DNA of 39,408 nt from a virus. Positions within the stretch are counted from its first letter, which is position 1; every line of letters begins with the position of its first letter. Shown here one piece after another: positions 21,042 through 32,737 of this stretch. Position numbers and translations under genes: made by a program. The DNA lies in UHGV virus genome UHGV-0070365; one strand, 5' to 3'. Below the pieces are notes generated by a model that was not told the DNA's origin, made no database searches, and saw nothing but the letters and a program-made list of their open reading frames with translations.

Positions 21042-22847
21042 ATGGCAGAGACATTAGAGAAAAAACATGAGCGGATCATGCTCAGGTTTGACCGCGCCTA
21101 TTCTCCACAGAAGGAAGTGCGCGAAAAGTGCATTGAAGCTACGAGGTTTGCTCGTGTCCCCGGAGGTCAATGGGAAGGAGCAACGGCGGCTGGAACTAAG
21201 CTTGATGAGCAGTTCGAGAAGTATCCTAAGTTTGAAATCAATAAGGTAGCAACTGAACTTAACCGCATCATTGCAGAATACCGCAATAACAGAATAACCG
21301 TTAAGTTTCGTCCTGGTGACAGAGAGGCAAGCGAAGAGTTAGCCAATAAATTAAATGGTCTGTTCCGTGCTGACTACGAAGAAACTGATGGCGGTGAGGC
21401 TTGCGATAATGCATTTGACGACGCTGCTACTGGTGGTTTCGGTTGCTTCCGTTTGACGTCGATGCTGGTCAATGAATACGACCCCATGGACGATCGTCAG
21501 CGTATTGCTATTGAACCAATATACGACCCGTCGCGCTCTGTGTGGTTTGACCCTGACGCTAAGAAGTACGACAAATCTGACGCGTTGTGGGCGTTCTGTA
21601 TGTATTCGTTGTCACCTGAAAAATATGAGGCTGAATACGGAAAGAAACCTCCTACTTCTCTGGATGTAACGTCTATGACCAGTTGGGAATATAACTGGTT
21701 TGGTGCAGATGTTATTTACATAGCGAAGTATTACGAAGTTCGTAAAGAGTCTGTTGACGTCATCAGTTATCGACATCCAATCACTGGAGAGATTGCAACA
21801 TACGACAGTGATCAGGTTGAAGATATTGAAGATGAACTGGCAATAGCTGGATTTCATGAAGTGGCAAGGCGCTCAGTGAAGCGCCGTCGTGTGTATGTAT
21901 CCGTAGTGGATGGTGATGGTTTCCTTGAGAAACCTCGACGTATTCCTGGTGAGCATATCCCCCTCATCCCGGTTTATGGAAAACGCTGGTTCATTGATGA
22001 CATTGAGCGTGTCGAAGGGCACATTGCAAAAGCAATGGATCCACAGCGTTTGTACAACCTTCAGGTTTCAATGCTGGCTGATACTGCAGCGCAAGACCCC
22101 GGTCAGATTCCTATAGTTGGCATGGAGCAAATTCGTGGACTTGAGAAGCACTGGGAGGCTCGCAACAAGAAACGCCCAGCGTTCTTGCCGTTGCGCGAAG
22201 TGAGAGATAAATCTGGCAACATTATCGCTGGAGCTACCCCGGCAGGATATACACAGCCTGCGGTTATGAATCAGGCATTGGCTGCATTACTACAGCAAAC
22301 CAGTGCAGATATTCAGGAGGTTACAGGCGGCAGTCAGGCCATGCAGCAGATGCCAAGTAATATTGCTCAGGAAACGGTTAACAACTTGATGAACAGAGCA
22401 GATATGGCTTCGTTTATCTATCTGGACAATATGGCGAAAAGTCTTAAACGAGCTGGTGAAGTATGGCTGTCAATGGCTCGTGAAGTGTACGGTTCAGAGC
22501 GTGAAGTGCGCATCGTTAACGAAGATGGAAGTGATGATATCGCTGTCCTGAGCGCACAGGTTGTTGACAGGCAAACAGGGGCTGTTGTTGCGTTAAATGA
22601 CCTTTCTGTCGGTCGATACGATGTGACGGTTGATGTTGGACCAAGCTACACAGCACGACGTGATGCAACGGTTTCTGTACTGACAAATGTCCTTAGCTCT
22701 ATGCTTCCAACAGACCCAATGCGTCCGGCAATTCAGGGTATTATTCTGGACAATATCGATGGCGAAGGCCTTGATGACTTCAAAGAGTACAACCGAAACC
22801 AACTGCTGATATCTGGCATTGCAAAACCACGCAATGAGAAAGAGTAG
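21042..22847 (+). CDS. Portal protein core (601 aa) ending at in-frame TAG
   Basis: MAETLEKKHERIMLRFDRAYSPQ...; P22/Sf6-type portal; frame continues after TAG at 22845-22847. Confidence 0.9.
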   Translation: MAETLEKKHERIMLRFDRAYSPQKEVREKCIEATRFARVPGGQWEGATAAGTKLDEQFEKYPKFEINKVATELNRIIAEYRNNRITVKFRPGDREASEELANKLNGLFRADYEETDGGEACDNAFDDAATGGFGCFRLTSMLVNEYDPMDDRQRIAIEPIYDPSRSVWFDPDAKKYDKSDALWAFCMYSLSPEKYEAEYGKKPPTSLDVTSMTSWEYNWFGADVIYIAKYYEVRKESVDVISYRHPITGEIATYDSDQVEDIEDELAIAGFHEVARRSVKRRRVYVSVVDGDGFLEKPRRIPGEHIPLIPVYGKRWFIDDIERVEGHIAKAMDPQRLYNLQVSMLADTAAQDPGQIPIVGMEQIRGLEKHWEARNKKRPAFLPLREVRDKSGNIIAGATPAGYTQPAVMNQALAALLQQTSADIQEVTGGSQAMQQMPSNIAQETVNNLMNRADMASFIYLDNMAKSLKRAGEVWLSMAREVYGSEREVRIVNEDGSDDIAVLSAQVVDRQTGAVVALNDLSVGRYDVTVDVGPSYTARRDATVSVLTNVLSSMLPTDPMRPAIQGIILDNIDGEGLDDFKEYNRNQLLISGIAKPRNEKE

Positions 22848-23168
22848 CAGATTGTTCAACAGGCGCAAATGGCAGCACAAAGCCAGCCAAATCCTGAAAT
22901 GGTTCTCGCTCAGGCGCAAATGGTAGCAGCGCAGGCAGAAGCGCAAAAAGCAACTAACGAAACTGCTCAAACTCAAATCAAAGCATTTACTGCCCAGCAG
23001 GATGCGATGGAGAGTCAGGCAAACACTGTCTATAAACTGGCTCAAGCCAGAAACATCGATGACAAAGCAGTGATGGAGGCAATACGCCTTCTGAAAGATG
23101 TCGCCGAGTCACAACAACAGCAATTCCAGTCACCACCACAGTCTCCGGCAGACTTAATGCCGAGTTAA
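22848..23168 (+). other. In-frame continuation of portal reading frame (C-terminal Gln/Ala-rich helical barrel region, 106 codons) separated from core by a single amber codon
   Basis: 22848 is in frame with 21042; sequence QIVQQAQMAAQSQPNPEMVLAQAQMVAAQAEAQK... resembles portal barrel. Confidence 0.6.
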
Positions 23169-23181
23169 CCAGGAGTAATCA

Positions 23182-24066
23182 ATGGAAAACGAACTGATCA
23201 TCGACGGTCAGGTTATTGGCCTGTCTGAAACACAGGAAAATGCAGAAGAAACCATCATCCAAACAGAGTCACAGCCTGAGAATGAAAGCCAGGATGACAA
23301 CGGTAAAGAGGTGGCAACTGAGCCTGAAAAAACCGAAGAGACACCAGAAGATTACGCCTTGCGTATTGGTGATGAAGAAATTCAGCTTAACGCTGACGAT
23401 GATGATCACATTGACGGGAAACCTGCACCGCAATGGGTGAAAGATCTTCGCAAAGGCTTCAAAGAAACACAGAAAGAAAACCGTGAGTTGCGCCGCCAGC
23501 TTGAGGAAGCATTAGCCAAGCCTGCGGAACATCAGCAACCACAACCAGACGCTATTCCACCAAAACCGACTCTTGAGTCGTGTGATTATGACGAACAGGC
23601 GTTTGAACAGGCATTGACTGATTGGCATGAGAAAAAAGGCCGTGTCGAACAGCAGCAGCAACAAAAACTACGTCAGCAACAGGAATACCAACAGCGTTTC
23701 CAGCAAAGGGTAGAAGCGCATAAACAACGGGCAGCCAAACTTCCTGTGAAAGATTATCAGGAAATGGAGGCCATTGTTCTTAGTGAGCTACCACCAATTC
23801 AGCAGGAAATCATCATTCACTGTGCAGACGAAGGCTCTGAACTACTCGCCTATGGCTTAGGTAAGAGCCAGCAATTACGCCAGCGTGTAGCCGCTGAGAC
23901 AGATCCAATTCGCGCAGCATTCCTCTTGGGGCAGATTAGCAAACAGGTAAGCCTTGCTCCAAAACCAAAGAAAGCCATCAAGCCAGAGCCGGAAGTACGT
24001 GGTGGCGGTGCTGATGCGAAACAAGACGAATTCAACAAATTATGCCCCGGCGCAAAAATCGAATAA
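23182..24066 (+). CDS. Scaffolding protein (294 aa)
   Basis: Acidic, Gln-rich coiled-coil protein between portal and coat. Confidence 0.85.
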   Translation: MENELIIDGQVIGLSETQENAEETIIQTESQPENESQDDNGKEVATEPEKTEETPEDYALRIGDEEIQLNADDDDHIDGKPAPQWVKDLRKGFKETQKENRELRRQLEEALAKPAEHQQPQPDAIPPKPTLESCDYDEQAFEQALTDWHEKKGRVEQQQQQKLRQQQEYQQRFQQRVEAHKQRAAKLPVKDYQEMEAIVLSELPPIQQEIIIHCADEGSELLAYGLGKSQQLRQRVAAETDPIRAAFLLGQISKQVSLAPKPKKAIKPEPEVRGGGADAKQDEFNKLCPGAKIE

Positions 24067-24077
24067 GGAAAAGATAA

Positions 24078-25349
24078 ATGCCTAACAATCTCGACAGTAA
24101 CGTCAGTCAAATCGTTCTGAAAAAATTCCTTCCTGGTTTTATGTCAGATTTAGTTCTGGCGAAAACCGTAGACCGTCAGTTGCTGGCAGGTGAAATCAAC
24201 TCCAGCACTGGCGATAGCGTTAGCTTTAAACGTCCGCATCAATTCTCATCCCTCCGTACTCCCACTGGTGATATTTCGGGGCAAAATAAAAACAACCTGA
24301 TCTCAGGTAAAGCTACGGGGCGTGTAGGTAACTACATCACTGTTGCTGTTGAATATCAGCAACTGGAGGAAGCGATCAAGCTTAACCAACTGGAAGAAAT
24401 TCTCGCGCCGGTTCGCCAGCGAATCGTTACCGACCTTGAAACAGAGCTTGCTCACTTCATGATGAATAACGGTGCGTTGTCACTTGGTAGCCCCAATACT
24501 CCAATCACCAAATGGTCTGATGTTGCGCAGACGGCATCTTTCCTGAAAGACCTCGGCGTTAATGAAGGTGAAAACTATGCTGTAATGGATCCATGGTCTG
24601 CACAGCGACTTGCTGATGCGCAGACTGGTTTGCACGCTTCAGATCAATTGGTTCGTACTGCATGGGAGAATGCGCAGATTCCAACCAATTTTGGCGGCAT
24701 TCGCGCACTGATGTCTAATGGGCTTGCCTCTCGTACGCAGGGGGCATTTGGCGGAACACTGACAGTCAAAACACAGCCAACTGTTACCTATAACGCAGTT
24801 AAAGACTCATACCAGTTCACTGTAACATTGACCGGAGCGACAGCCAGCGTTACAGGTTTTCTGAAAGCTGGTGATCAGGTTAAATTCACCAATACCTACT
24901 GGCTGCAACAGCAGACCAAACAGGCGTTGTATAACGGAGCCACACCAATTAGCTTCACTGCAACGGTTACTGCTGATGCTAATTCAGACAGCAGTGGCGA
25001 TGTGACGGTTACGCTTTCTGGTGTTCCGATTTATGACACTACAAACCCGCAGTACAACTCTGTAAGTCGTCAGGTAGCGGCAGGCGATGCCGTATCTGTA
25101 GTAGGCACTGCTAGCCAGACAATGAAGCCAAACCTGTTCTATAACAAGTTCTTCTGTGGACTTGGCTCTATCCCACTGCCGAAACTGCACAGTATTGATT
25201 CTGCTGTTGCAACATATGAAGGTTTCTCCATCCGCGTACATAAATACGCAGATGGCGATGCCAACGTGCAAAAAATGCGCTTTGACTTACTGCCTGCATA
25301 TGTGTGCTTTAACCCTCACATGGGCGGTCAGTTCTTCGGTAATCCGTAA
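24078..25349 (+). CDS. Major capsid (coat) protein, P22/Sf6-like (423 aa)
   Basis: MPNNLDSNVSQIVLKKFLPGFMSDLVLAKTVDRQLLAGEINSSTGDSVSFKRP... Confidence 0.93.
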   Translation: MPNNLDSNVSQIVLKKFLPGFMSDLVLAKTVDRQLLAGEINSSTGDSVSFKRPHQFSSLRTPTGDISGQNKNNLISGKATGRVGNYITVAVEYQQLEEAIKLNQLEEILAPVRQRIVTDLETELAHFMMNNGALSLGSPNTPITKWSDVAQTASFLKDLGVNEGENYAVMDPWSAQRLADAQTGLHASDQLVRTAWENAQIPTNFGGIRALMSNGLASRTQGAFGGTLTVKTQPTVTYNAVKDSYQFTVTLTGATASVTGFLKAGDQVKFTNTYWLQQQTKQALYNGATPISFTATVTADANSDSSGDVTVTLSGVPIYDTTNPQYNSVSRQVAAGDAVSVVGTASQTMKPNLFYNKFFCGLGSIPLPKLHSIDSAVATYEGFSIRVHKYADGDANVQKMRFDLLPAYVCFNPHMGGQFFGNP

Positions 25350-25354
25350 TAACA

Positions 25355-25380
25355 AGGGGCTTCCGCCCCTTTTATGTTTT
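25355..25380 (+). terminator. Intrinsic terminator after coat gene (AGGGGC-TTCC-GCCCCT then T-run)
   Basis: Perfect hairpin plus TTTATGTTTT. Confidence 0.7.
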
Positions 25381-25391
25381 AAGGAAACAAT

Positions 25392-25577
25392 ATGGATCGC
25401 ATGAGTGTATTCCTTGCCGCAGATAACGAATCCGGACATGTACAGGCCGTTATCGCAGAAAAAGACTTCCAGTTTTTCGAAAAGTTGGGCTTTGTTGCCT
25501 CAGTTGATGAATTGAAACCGACCAGTAAGCGAGGTCGTAAGGCGGCAGACAATGGCAACAGTACTGACAAAGGGTGA
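25392..25577 (+). CDS. Hypothetical small protein (61 aa)
   Basis: ORF between coat and gp4-like genes. Confidence 0.45.
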   Translation: MDRMSVFLAADNESGHVQAVIAEKDFQFFEKLGFVASVDELKPTSKRGRKAADNGNSTDKG

Positions 25578-26034
25578 GATCGTCCTTTTTGCGCTTCGTA
25601 AGTTTGCTATTGCTTCTAATGCATCGCTGACTGATGTTGAGCCGCAATCAATTGAAGATGGTGTAAATGATCTGGAAGATATGATGTCCGAGTGGATGAT
25701 TAACCCCGGCGACATTGGTTACGCTTTCGCAACTGGAGATGAGCAGCCATTACCAGATGATGAGTCAGGTCTTCCAAGAAAATACAAACACGCAGTAGGC
25801 TATCAGTTATTGCTGAGAATGCTATCTGATTACAGCCTTGAGCCAACTCCGCAAGTTCTCAGTAACGCCCAACGCTCATATGATGCCTTGATGACCGACA
25901 CTCTGGTTGTTCCTTCAATGCGACGACGTGGAGATTTTCCTGTAGGACAGGGTAATAAATATGACGTGTTTACATCTGACCGATATTATCCAGGCGATCT
26001 CCCTATGATTGATGGCGATATCCCAAACGCATAG
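25552..26034 (+). CDS. Head completion/tail adaptor protein, P22 gp4-like (160 aa)
   Basis: …LTDVEPQS…DLE…M…EW… resembles P22 gp4. Confidence 0.8.
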   Translation: MATVLTKGEIVLFALRKFAIASNASLTDVEPQSIEDGVNDLEDMMSEWMINPGDIGYAFATGDEQPLPDDESGLPRKYKHAVGYQLLLRMLSDYSLEPTPQVLSNAQRSYDALMTDTLVVPSMRRRGDFPVGQGNKYDVFTSDRYYPGDLPMIDGDIPNA

Positions 26035-26042
26035 GTGAATAA

Positions 26043-27461
26043 ATGCCGATTCAGCAACTTCCGCTTATGAAAGGTGTCGGCAAAGACTTTCGAAACGCCG
26101 ACTATATCGACTATCTGCCAGTGAATATGCTGGCTACACCCAAAGAAATCCTCAACAGCAGCGGATATCTTCGCTCATTCCCGGGCATTGCCAAACGCTC
26201 TGATGTGAACGGTGTATCGCGCGGCGTCGAGTACAACATGGCGCAGAATGCTGTTTATCGCGTGTGTGGTGGCAAGCTGTACAAAGGAGAAAGCGAAGTC
26301 GGTAATGTTGCCGGAAGTGGTCGCGTATCAATGGCGCATGGTCGAACATCACAGGCGGTAGGCGTTAATGGTCAACTGGTCGAGTATCGCTATGATGGTA
26401 CGGTTAAAACCGTCTCAAACTGGCCTACAGACAGCGGATTCACTCAGTATGAGTTAGGTTCTGTTCGTGACATTACGCGCTTACGTGGGCGTTATGCGTG
26501 GTCAAAAGACGGCTCTGATTCATGGTTTATCACTGACCTTGAAGACGAATCGCATCCTGACCGTTACAGCGCACAATATCGCGCAGAATCGCAGCCGGAC
26601 GGTATCCTCGGCATCGGAACATGGCGAGACTTCATCGTCTGCTTTGGTTCATCGACTATTGAATATTTCTCCCTGACTGGCGCAACCACCGTTGGTGCTG
26701 CTTTGTATGTCGCGCAGCCATCACTGATGGTGCAAAAAGGCATCGCCGGGACTTACTGCAAAACGCCGTTTGCTGATTCCTATGCTTTCATCAGCAATCC
26801 GGCAACAGGTGCACCGTCTGTATATATCATCGGCTCCGGTCAGGTGTCACCAATCGCCAGCGCGAGCATTGAGAAAATTCTCCGCTCCTACACTGCTGAT
26901 GAACTGGCTGATGGTGTGATGGAATCGCTGCGGTTTGATGCTCATGAGCTGCTGATTATCCACCTTCCGCGCCATGTACTCGTGTACGACGCATCTTCAA
27001 GTGCCAATGGTCCGCAATGGTGTGTGCTGAAAACAGGCCTGTATGACGATGTGTACCGCGCTATCGATTTCATTTACGAAGGCAATCAGATAACGTGCGG
27101 CGATAAGCTGGAATCCGTGACCGGGAAATTGCAGTTCGATATCAGCAGCCAGTACGACAAGCAGCAGGAACACCTGCTGTTTACTCCGTTGTTCAAAGCG
27201 GATAACGCCAGATGCTTCGATCTGGAGGTGGAATCATCCACTGGCGTTGCGCAGTACGCTGACCGCCTTTTTCTCTCTGCAACCACTGACGGCATAAATT
27301 ACGGGCGTGAAAAGATGATTGAGCAGAATGAACCGTTCGTTTACGACAAACGCGTTTTGTGGAAGCGAGTAGGGCGCATCAGGAAAAACATTGGCTTCAA
27401 ATTGCGCGTTATCACGAAGTCACCTGTCACTCTGTCTGGCTGCCAGATAAGGATTGAGTAA
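26043..27461 (+). CDS. Tail hub protein, P22 gp10-like (472 aa)
   Basis: Length and order match P22 gp10. Confidence 0.82.
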   Translation: MPIQQLPLMKGVGKDFRNADYIDYLPVNMLATPKEILNSSGYLRSFPGIAKRSDVNGVSRGVEYNMAQNAVYRVCGGKLYKGESEVGNVAGSGRVSMAHGRTSQAVGVNGQLVEYRYDGTVKTVSNWPTDSGFTQYELGSVRDITRLRGRYAWSKDGSDSWFITDLEDESHPDRYSAQYRAESQPDGILGIGTWRDFIVCFGSSTIEYFSLTGATTVGAALYVAQPSLMVQKGIAGTYCKTPFADSYAFISNPATGAPSVYIIGSGQVSPIASASIEKILRSYTADELADGVMESLRFDAHELLIIHLPRHVLVYDASSSANGPQWCVLKTGLYDDVYRAIDFIYEGNQITCGDKLESVTGKLQFDISSQYDKQQEHLLFTPLFKADNARCFDLEVESSTGVAQYADRLFLSATTDGINYGREKMIEQNEPFVYDKRVLWKRVGRIRKNIGFKLRVITKSPVTLSGCQIRIE

Positions 27462-28309
27462 TGGCGGATTCGAATCTCAATGTGCCAGTAATCATTCAGG
27501 CTACACGGCTCGACACATCAGTCCTTCCACGCAATATCTTCTCGCAGTCGTATCTGCTTTACGTTATCGCACAGGGCACTGATGTTGGTAACGTGGCTAA
27601 CAAAGCCAACGAGGCCGGACAGGGCGCTTATGATGCACAGGTCAGGAACGATGAGCAGGATGTGATTCTCGCTGACCATGAGCAGCGAATTTCTGCTGCG
27701 GAAGCAACGCTTGTTAATCATGAGGAGCGAATCAGCCAGGCAGAATCAACTCTTCAGGACCATGAAACACGAATAGCTCAGAATGAAAGCGATATTTCGT
27801 CGCTTGACACAAGAGTTCAGTCGCTGGAGTCGCAGGTTTCAGACCATGAAACGCGCATCGATGCTCTGGAGTATGCCACTACTCGCAAGAAGTCGGAGGT
27901 TGTTTACTCTGGCGTATCTGTAACCATCCCGACAGCGCCGACCAACCTTGTTAGCCTGCTGAAAACGCTCACGCCGTCATCCGGGACGTTGGCACCATTC
28001 TTCGACACTGTTAACAACAAGATGGTTGTGTTCAACGAGAACAAAACCTTGTTCTTCAAGCTGTCGATTGTCGGGACTTGGCCCAGCGGAACCGCCAACA
28101 GGTCAATGCAGCTAACATTTTCCGGTTCTGTTCCTGACACACTGGTAAGCAGTCGCAACTCGGCGACAACAACCGACAACATCCTGTTAGCTACGTTCTT
28201 CAGCGTGGATAAAGACGGCTTTCTTGCCACAAATGGCAGTACGTTAACCATTCAGTCAAATGGGGCGGCGTTTACTGCCACAACCATCAAAATCATTGCG
28301 GAGCAGTGA
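27461..28309 (+). CDS. Tail needle protein, P22 gp26/Sf6-like with C-terminal knob (282 aa)
   Basis: Heptad repeats (…[62 protein letters not shown]…). Confidence 0.88.
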   Translation: MADSNLNVPVIIQATRLDTSVLPRNIFSQSYLLYVIAQGTDVGNVANKANEAGQGAYDAQVRNDEQDVILADHEQRISAAEATLVNHEERISQAESTLQDHETRIAQNESDISSLDTRVQSLESQVSDHETRIDALEYATTRKKSEVVYSGVSVTIPTAPTNLVSLLKTLTPSSGTLAPFFDTVNNKMVVFNENKTLFFKLSIVGTWPSGTANRSMQLTFSGSVPDTLVSSRNSATTTDNILLATFFSVDKDGFLATNGSTLTIQSNGAAFTATTIKIIAEQ

Positions 28310-28764
28310 TGATTCAGTTCAAACCAACGCGAAACATCGACCTGATCGAAGCAGTAGGAAATCACCCTGACATTATCGCCGGGAGCAACAACGGTGATGG
28401 ATACGACTACAAACCTGATTGCCGTTACTTTGAGGTGAACGTGCACGGGCAGTTCGGCGGCATTGTTTACTATCAGGAGATTCAGCCGCTGACATTCGAT
28501 TGCCACGCCATGTACCTGCCAGAGATTCGCGGCTTCAGCAAGGAAATCGGGCTGGCGTTCTGGCGATACATTCTGACTAACACCACCGTTCAGTGCGTCA
28601 CATCGTTCGCCGCACGCAAATTCCGCCACGGGCAGATTTACTGCGCAATGATTGGCCTTAAGCGTGTCGGAACCATCAAGAAATACTTTAAAGGCGTGGA
28701 TGACGTGACTTTTTACAGCGCCACACGCGAAGAACTAATCGACTTCCTGAATCACGGGAGATAG
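28306..28764 (+). CDS. P22 gp14-like assembly protein (152 aa)
   Basis: Position between needle and ejection proteins. Confidence 0.55.
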   Translation: MMIQFKPTRNIDLIEAVGNHPDIIAGSNNGDGYDYKPDCRYFEVNVHGQFGGIVYYQEIQPLTFDCHAMYLPEIRGFSKEIGLAFWRYILTNTTVQCVTSFAARKFRHGQIYCAMIGLKRVGTIKKYFKGVDDVTFYSATREELIDFLNHGR

Positions 28765-28766
28765 CC

Positions 28767-29459
28767 ATGTTATATGCATTTAAGCTGGGCAGAAAACTGC
28801 GCGGCGAGGAACCTTATTGCCCTGAAAAAGGCGGGAAAGGTGGCAGTTCTGATAAAAGCGCAAAGTATGCAGCAGAAGCTCAGAAGTATGCTGCAGATCT
28901 GCAAAATCAGCAGTGGCAGACGATCATGAAAAACCTTGCTCCGTTCACGCCTCTTGCGGAGCAGTATGTTAACCAGCTTCAGAACCTTTCCAGTTTAGAA
29001 GGTCAGGGGCAGGCACTTAATCAGTATTACAACTCTCAGCAGTATAAAGACCTTGCAGGTCAGGCTCGTTACCAGAGTCTTGCTGCTGCGGAGGCTACGG
29101 GAGGACTTGGTTCGACAGCCACAAGCAATCAGCTGGCTACGATCGCGCCGACTCTCGGTCAGTCTTGGTTATCAAACCAGATGAGCAATTACAACAATCT
29201 GGCAAACGTTGGGCTTGGTGCGCTGCAAGGTCAGGCAAACGCTGGGCAGACATACGCCAACAACATGAGCAGCATTGCACAGCAAAGTGCAGCACTTGCC
29301 GCTGCTAATGCCAATAAACCATCAAGTCTTCAGACTGCAATTAGCGGTGGCACGTCTGGTGCGATTGCCGGTGCAGGTCTTGCCAGTCTTTTGGGAACAT
29401 CAACGCCTTGGGGCGCTGGCATTGGTGCTGGTATCGGATTGCTTGGCTCGTTGTTTTAA
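28767..29459 (+). CDS. Ejection (injection) protein, P22 gp7-like (230 aa)
   Basis: Gln/Ala/Gly-rich low-complexity protein, order as in P22. Confidence 0.7.
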   Translation: MLYAFKLGRKLRGEEPYCPEKGGKGGSSDKSAKYAAEAQKYAADLQNQQWQTIMKNLAPFTPLAEQYVNQLQNLSSLEGQGQALNQYYNSQQYKDLAGQARYQSLAAAEATGGLGSTATSNQLATIAPTLGQSWLSNQMSNYNNLANVGLGALQGQANAGQTYANNMSSIAQQSAALAAANANKPSSLQTAISGGTSGAIAGAGLASLLGTSTPWGAGIGAGIGLLGSLF

Positions 29460-29468
29460 GGGGTAATC

Positions 29469-30875
29469 ATGGCTACTTGGCAAGGAACAAACGGCGGATT
29501 GTTGGCTGGTATCGGCGGCGTCAACTCAAACGCTCCGAGCGTAAATGACATCGGCAATACGCTTCAGCTTATCAGGCAGAACAATGATATTGAGCGTTCA
29601 GGCGCTAACAATGTTGGGCTGACTGCTTTGCAAGGCCTTTCAGGTATTGCGGGGGTGTTTCAGCAGGAAAAGCAGGCTCAGCGGCAGAAAGAATTTCAGC
29701 AGGCATACGCTAATGCTTATGCGTCTGGTGATCGCGGTGCTTTGCGTCAGTTGGCTACTCAATATCCAGACCAGATTGAATCCGTTCGTAAAGGCATGGG
29801 ATTCATTGATGAAGACCAGCGCAATTCTATCGGCACCTTAGCGGCTGGCGCACGCCTTGCGGCCTCGTCTCCAGAAGCAATGCAATCATGGCTGCAAAAC
29901 AACGCCAATGAGCTGGCGCGCGTCGGTGTTGACCCTAATAACGTTGCTCAGATGTATCAGCAGAATCCTTCAGGATTTGGTGAGTTTGTTGATCACCTTG
30001 GGATGGCTGCTCTTGGTCCAATTGATTACTTCAATGTTCAGGACAAGATGGCTGGTCGTGAGATTGATCGCGGGAAACTTGCAGAGACAATCCGCAGCAA
30101 TCAGGCTGGAGAAGCACTTCAGGCGAGAGGGCAAAACCTTTCCTATCAGTCAGCAATGACTGGGCACAATATCGCAGCGCAACGCTTGGCTCTGGATCAG
30201 CAAGAGTTCGGGTTTAAGATGCAGCAAGCGCAGGAAAAGGCTCAGCAGTTGATTAGCGAAGCACCTAAGCTGTCAGTAAACATGGAAAAAGGCATCGAGA
30301 CGGCTGTAAACAATGCCACAGCATCATCAAACTCAGCCAATTCTATGAGTGCGCTTGCTCAACAGTTCAGAGCAGAAAAACCAACGACAGGTTTATTCGG
30401 TAACGCACAGAACATGTTCGCAAAACTTACCGGAAGCGATACGACATTGCGTGATTTGCGTATCCGCCAAAATGCCCTTGTTAACAGTCAGGTTCTTAAA
30501 TTCCTACCTCCCGGCCCCGCAACGGATAAAGACGTTGAGATCGTTCGGCAGGGTGCGCCAACTGACATGGATAACCCTGAGACGGTCGCAAGATGGCTTG
30601 ATGCGATGGCAAACCTTGAGCGACGAAATGCGCAGTTTAATGAGTTTAAAGCCGAGTGGATGAGCGCGAATGGCAATCCAGGACAATCGCGCAATGGCGG
30701 TCAGATATTGGGGTTGGATGTTAAAAAAGGTGAATCATTGGGGAGTGCCGTTAAGCGGTATATGTCAATGAATACTGACGCAGTGCCAGCACAAGATTCG
30801 ACACCTTCAGGAGAACCACGGAATCAGGTTGGATCATATACCTCAAAATCAGGCATTCAATTTACGGTGGAATGA
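29469..30875 (+). CDS. Ejection protein, P22 gp20-like (468 aa)
   Basis: Size and order match P22 gene 20. Confidence 0.7.
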   Translation: MATWQGTNGGLLAGIGGVNSNAPSVNDIGNTLQLIRQNNDIERSGANNVGLTALQGLSGIAGVFQQEKQAQRQKEFQQAYANAYASGDRGALRQLATQYPDQIESVRKGMGFIDEDQRNSIGTLAAGARLAASSPEAMQSWLQNNANELARVGVDPNNVAQMYQQNPSGFGEFVDHLGMAALGPIDYFNVQDKMAGREIDRGKLAETIRSNQAGEALQARGQNLSYQSAMTGHNIAAQRLALDQQEFGFKMQQAQEKAQQLISEAPKLSVNMEKGIETAVNNATASSNSANSMSALAQQFRAEKPTTGLFGNAQNMFAKLTGSDTTLRDLRIRQNALVNSQVLKFLPPGPATDKDVEIVRQGAPTDMDNPETVARWLDAMANLERRNAQFNEFKAEWMSANGNPGQSRNGGQILGLDVKKGESLGSAVKRYMSMNTDAVPAQDSTPSGEPRNQVGSYTSKSGIQFTVE

Positions 30876-32713
30876 TGAAAGTAACTGCAAACGGTAAGAC
30901 ATTTACCTTCCCTGATGGTACGAGCACGGAAGATATTGGGGCCGCCATTGATGAGTATTTTGCTGGTCAGGCTGTTCAGCAACAAACAGTTAATCAGGTC
31001 AATAATGAACCAGCACGGGAAGAACCATCATTGATGCAACAAGCTGGCGATTGGCTCACTGGTGGTCAAAGTGCAGGGCAAATTGCAGAACAGGCAGGTC
31101 GTGGTCTGGTAAACATACCATTTGACGTATTGCAGGGTGGTGCAAGTCTGATTAATGCAATCAGCCAGGGGCTTGGTGGCCCCAAGGTTTTGGATGATGT
31201 TTATCGTCCAGTAGACAGACCGACAGACCCTTATGCGCAAGCTGGAGAAACAATTGGCGGGTATTTAGTTCCAGGAGTTGGAACGGCAGGAAGCATGGCT
31301 ATTGGATCACTGGCAGAAGCCGCAAATCAGAAAGGCGATTTCGCACAAAATGCAGCTAAAAATGCCGGAGTTAACCTTGCCGCTCAGGGTGTTCTTTCCG
31401 CAGCAGCAAAGGGAATAGGGCGTGGAATAACGGCTATAAAAGGTGATATTGCGCCAGAAGTGGCGAAGAAAATTGCCACATCAGAATCGATGGGCGTGAC
31501 ACCAATGACATCTGATGTTATCCCGCCGAAAAATGCTTTCACTCGCGGACTTACTCAGGATGCCGAGGGGGCTTTGCTCGGGACAGGCTCAAAGAGAGCG
31601 GAGCAATATGCAACACGTAGTAAGCTGGTAAGCAATTATTTTGACCGTTTTGGTGAGTACAACCCTGATGATGTGGTGAAATCTCTGACCACCACGTTAA
31701 GGGGGCGGAAGGATGCCGCTGGCGCTGTTATCAATGACGTCACCAATAAAATGGGTAATGCCGCAGTTGATACCACAAATACCATGAATGCTCTGAATAC
31801 AGCGATCGCAAGACAGGAACGGCTTGGGACTTCAGCCAATCAAAGCCTGCTTACATCCTTGCGTAACCTACGTGAAGAATTAGCAAACCCTGCAACTGAT
31901 TTGGATGTTACGTTTGATCTCTTGCGTCAGCACAGAACAGCATTTAGATCTAATGTTCAGGGAGATGCTATGGTCTTCCCCAACCAGGCAAAAGCAGCTA
32001 CCAATATGGTAGAGAATGCAATGTCAAAAGACCTTCGTAACGCAGTTGCTAAAAACCTCGGTGCATCAGACGCAGCAAAATACCTTAAAGCAAATTCCGA
32101 TTATGCAAACGTTTATAATAAGGTGCTTAATAAAAACATTGCTAACAAGCTCAACAAGGCAAGCAGTGAAGCCAGTCCTGAACTTATAAATACCGTTGTA
32201 TTAAGCAGAAAACCATCTGACGTGAAACGAATCTGGAGCGCATTGGATGATAAAGGGAAAGATGCTATGCGTGCAGCTTACGTCAGCAAAATAGCGGAAA
32301 AGGCCGGTGACTCTCCAGCCAGGTTCATCACTGAAGTTAATAAGCTGAAATCTCAGTCGGGTGGTGAAATTTACAACACTATTTTTTCTGGAAAGCACAT
32401 GAAAGAGCTTGATGCTCTTCATGAAGTTCTACAGCAAACAGCAAGGTCAGACACCGCAAATGTAGTAACTCAGACGGGGCAATCACAAGCCAACAGGATA
32501 AGGACGATTGGCGCAACTGCGACTCTTGGAGTATCAATGGGGCTTGAGGCTGGCTTTGGTGCAATGATGCGTTTGTATGAGTCCAAAGCCGCAAGGAATA
32601 TGCTTCTTCGTCTAGCAAACACCAAGCCGGGAACACCAGCCTATGAAAGAGCGCTAAATAACGCTGCGAATGCCATCAGACCGCTGTTTGCTACTGAGGC
32701 AACACAGCAGTAA
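30872..32713 (+). CDS. Ejection protein, P22 gp16-like (613 aa)
   Basis: Size and order match P22 gene 16. Confidence 0.7.
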   Translation: MMKVTANGKTFTFPDGTSTEDIGAAIDEYFAGQAVQQQTVNQVNNEPAREEPSLMQQAGDWLTGGQSAGQIAEQAGRGLVNIPFDVLQGGASLINAISQGLGGPKVLDDVYRPVDRPTDPYAQAGETIGGYLVPGVGTAGSMAIGSLAEAANQKGDFAQNAAKNAGVNLAAQGVLSAAAKGIGRGITAIKGDIAPEVAKKIATSESMGVTPMTSDVIPPKNAFTRGLTQDAEGALLGTGSKRAEQYATRSKLVSNYFDRFGEYNPDDVVKSLTTTLRGRKDAAGAVINDVTNKMGNAAVDTTNTMNALNTAIARQERLGTSANQSLLTSLRNLREELANPATDLDVTFDLLRQHRTAFRSNVQGDAMVFPNQAKAATNMVENAMSKDLRNAVAKNLGASDAAKYLKANSDYANVYNKVLNKNIANKLNKASSEASPELINTVVLSRKPSDVKRIWSALDDKGKDAMRAAYVSKIAEKAGDSPARFITEVNKLKSQSGGEIYNTIFSGKHMKELDALHEVLQQTARSDTANVVTQTGQSQANRIRTIGATATLGVSMGLEAGFGAMMRLYESKAARNMLLRLANTKPGTPAYERALNNAANAIRPLFATEATQQ

Positions 32714-32737
32714 CGTATGGGAAATTGGATTCAATCG

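Noticed and set aside
22593-23045. 150-aa minus-strand ORF spanning the portal amber site
   Set aside because: Antisense shadow ORF with Cys/Leu-rich translation; the plus-strand portal frame explains the region
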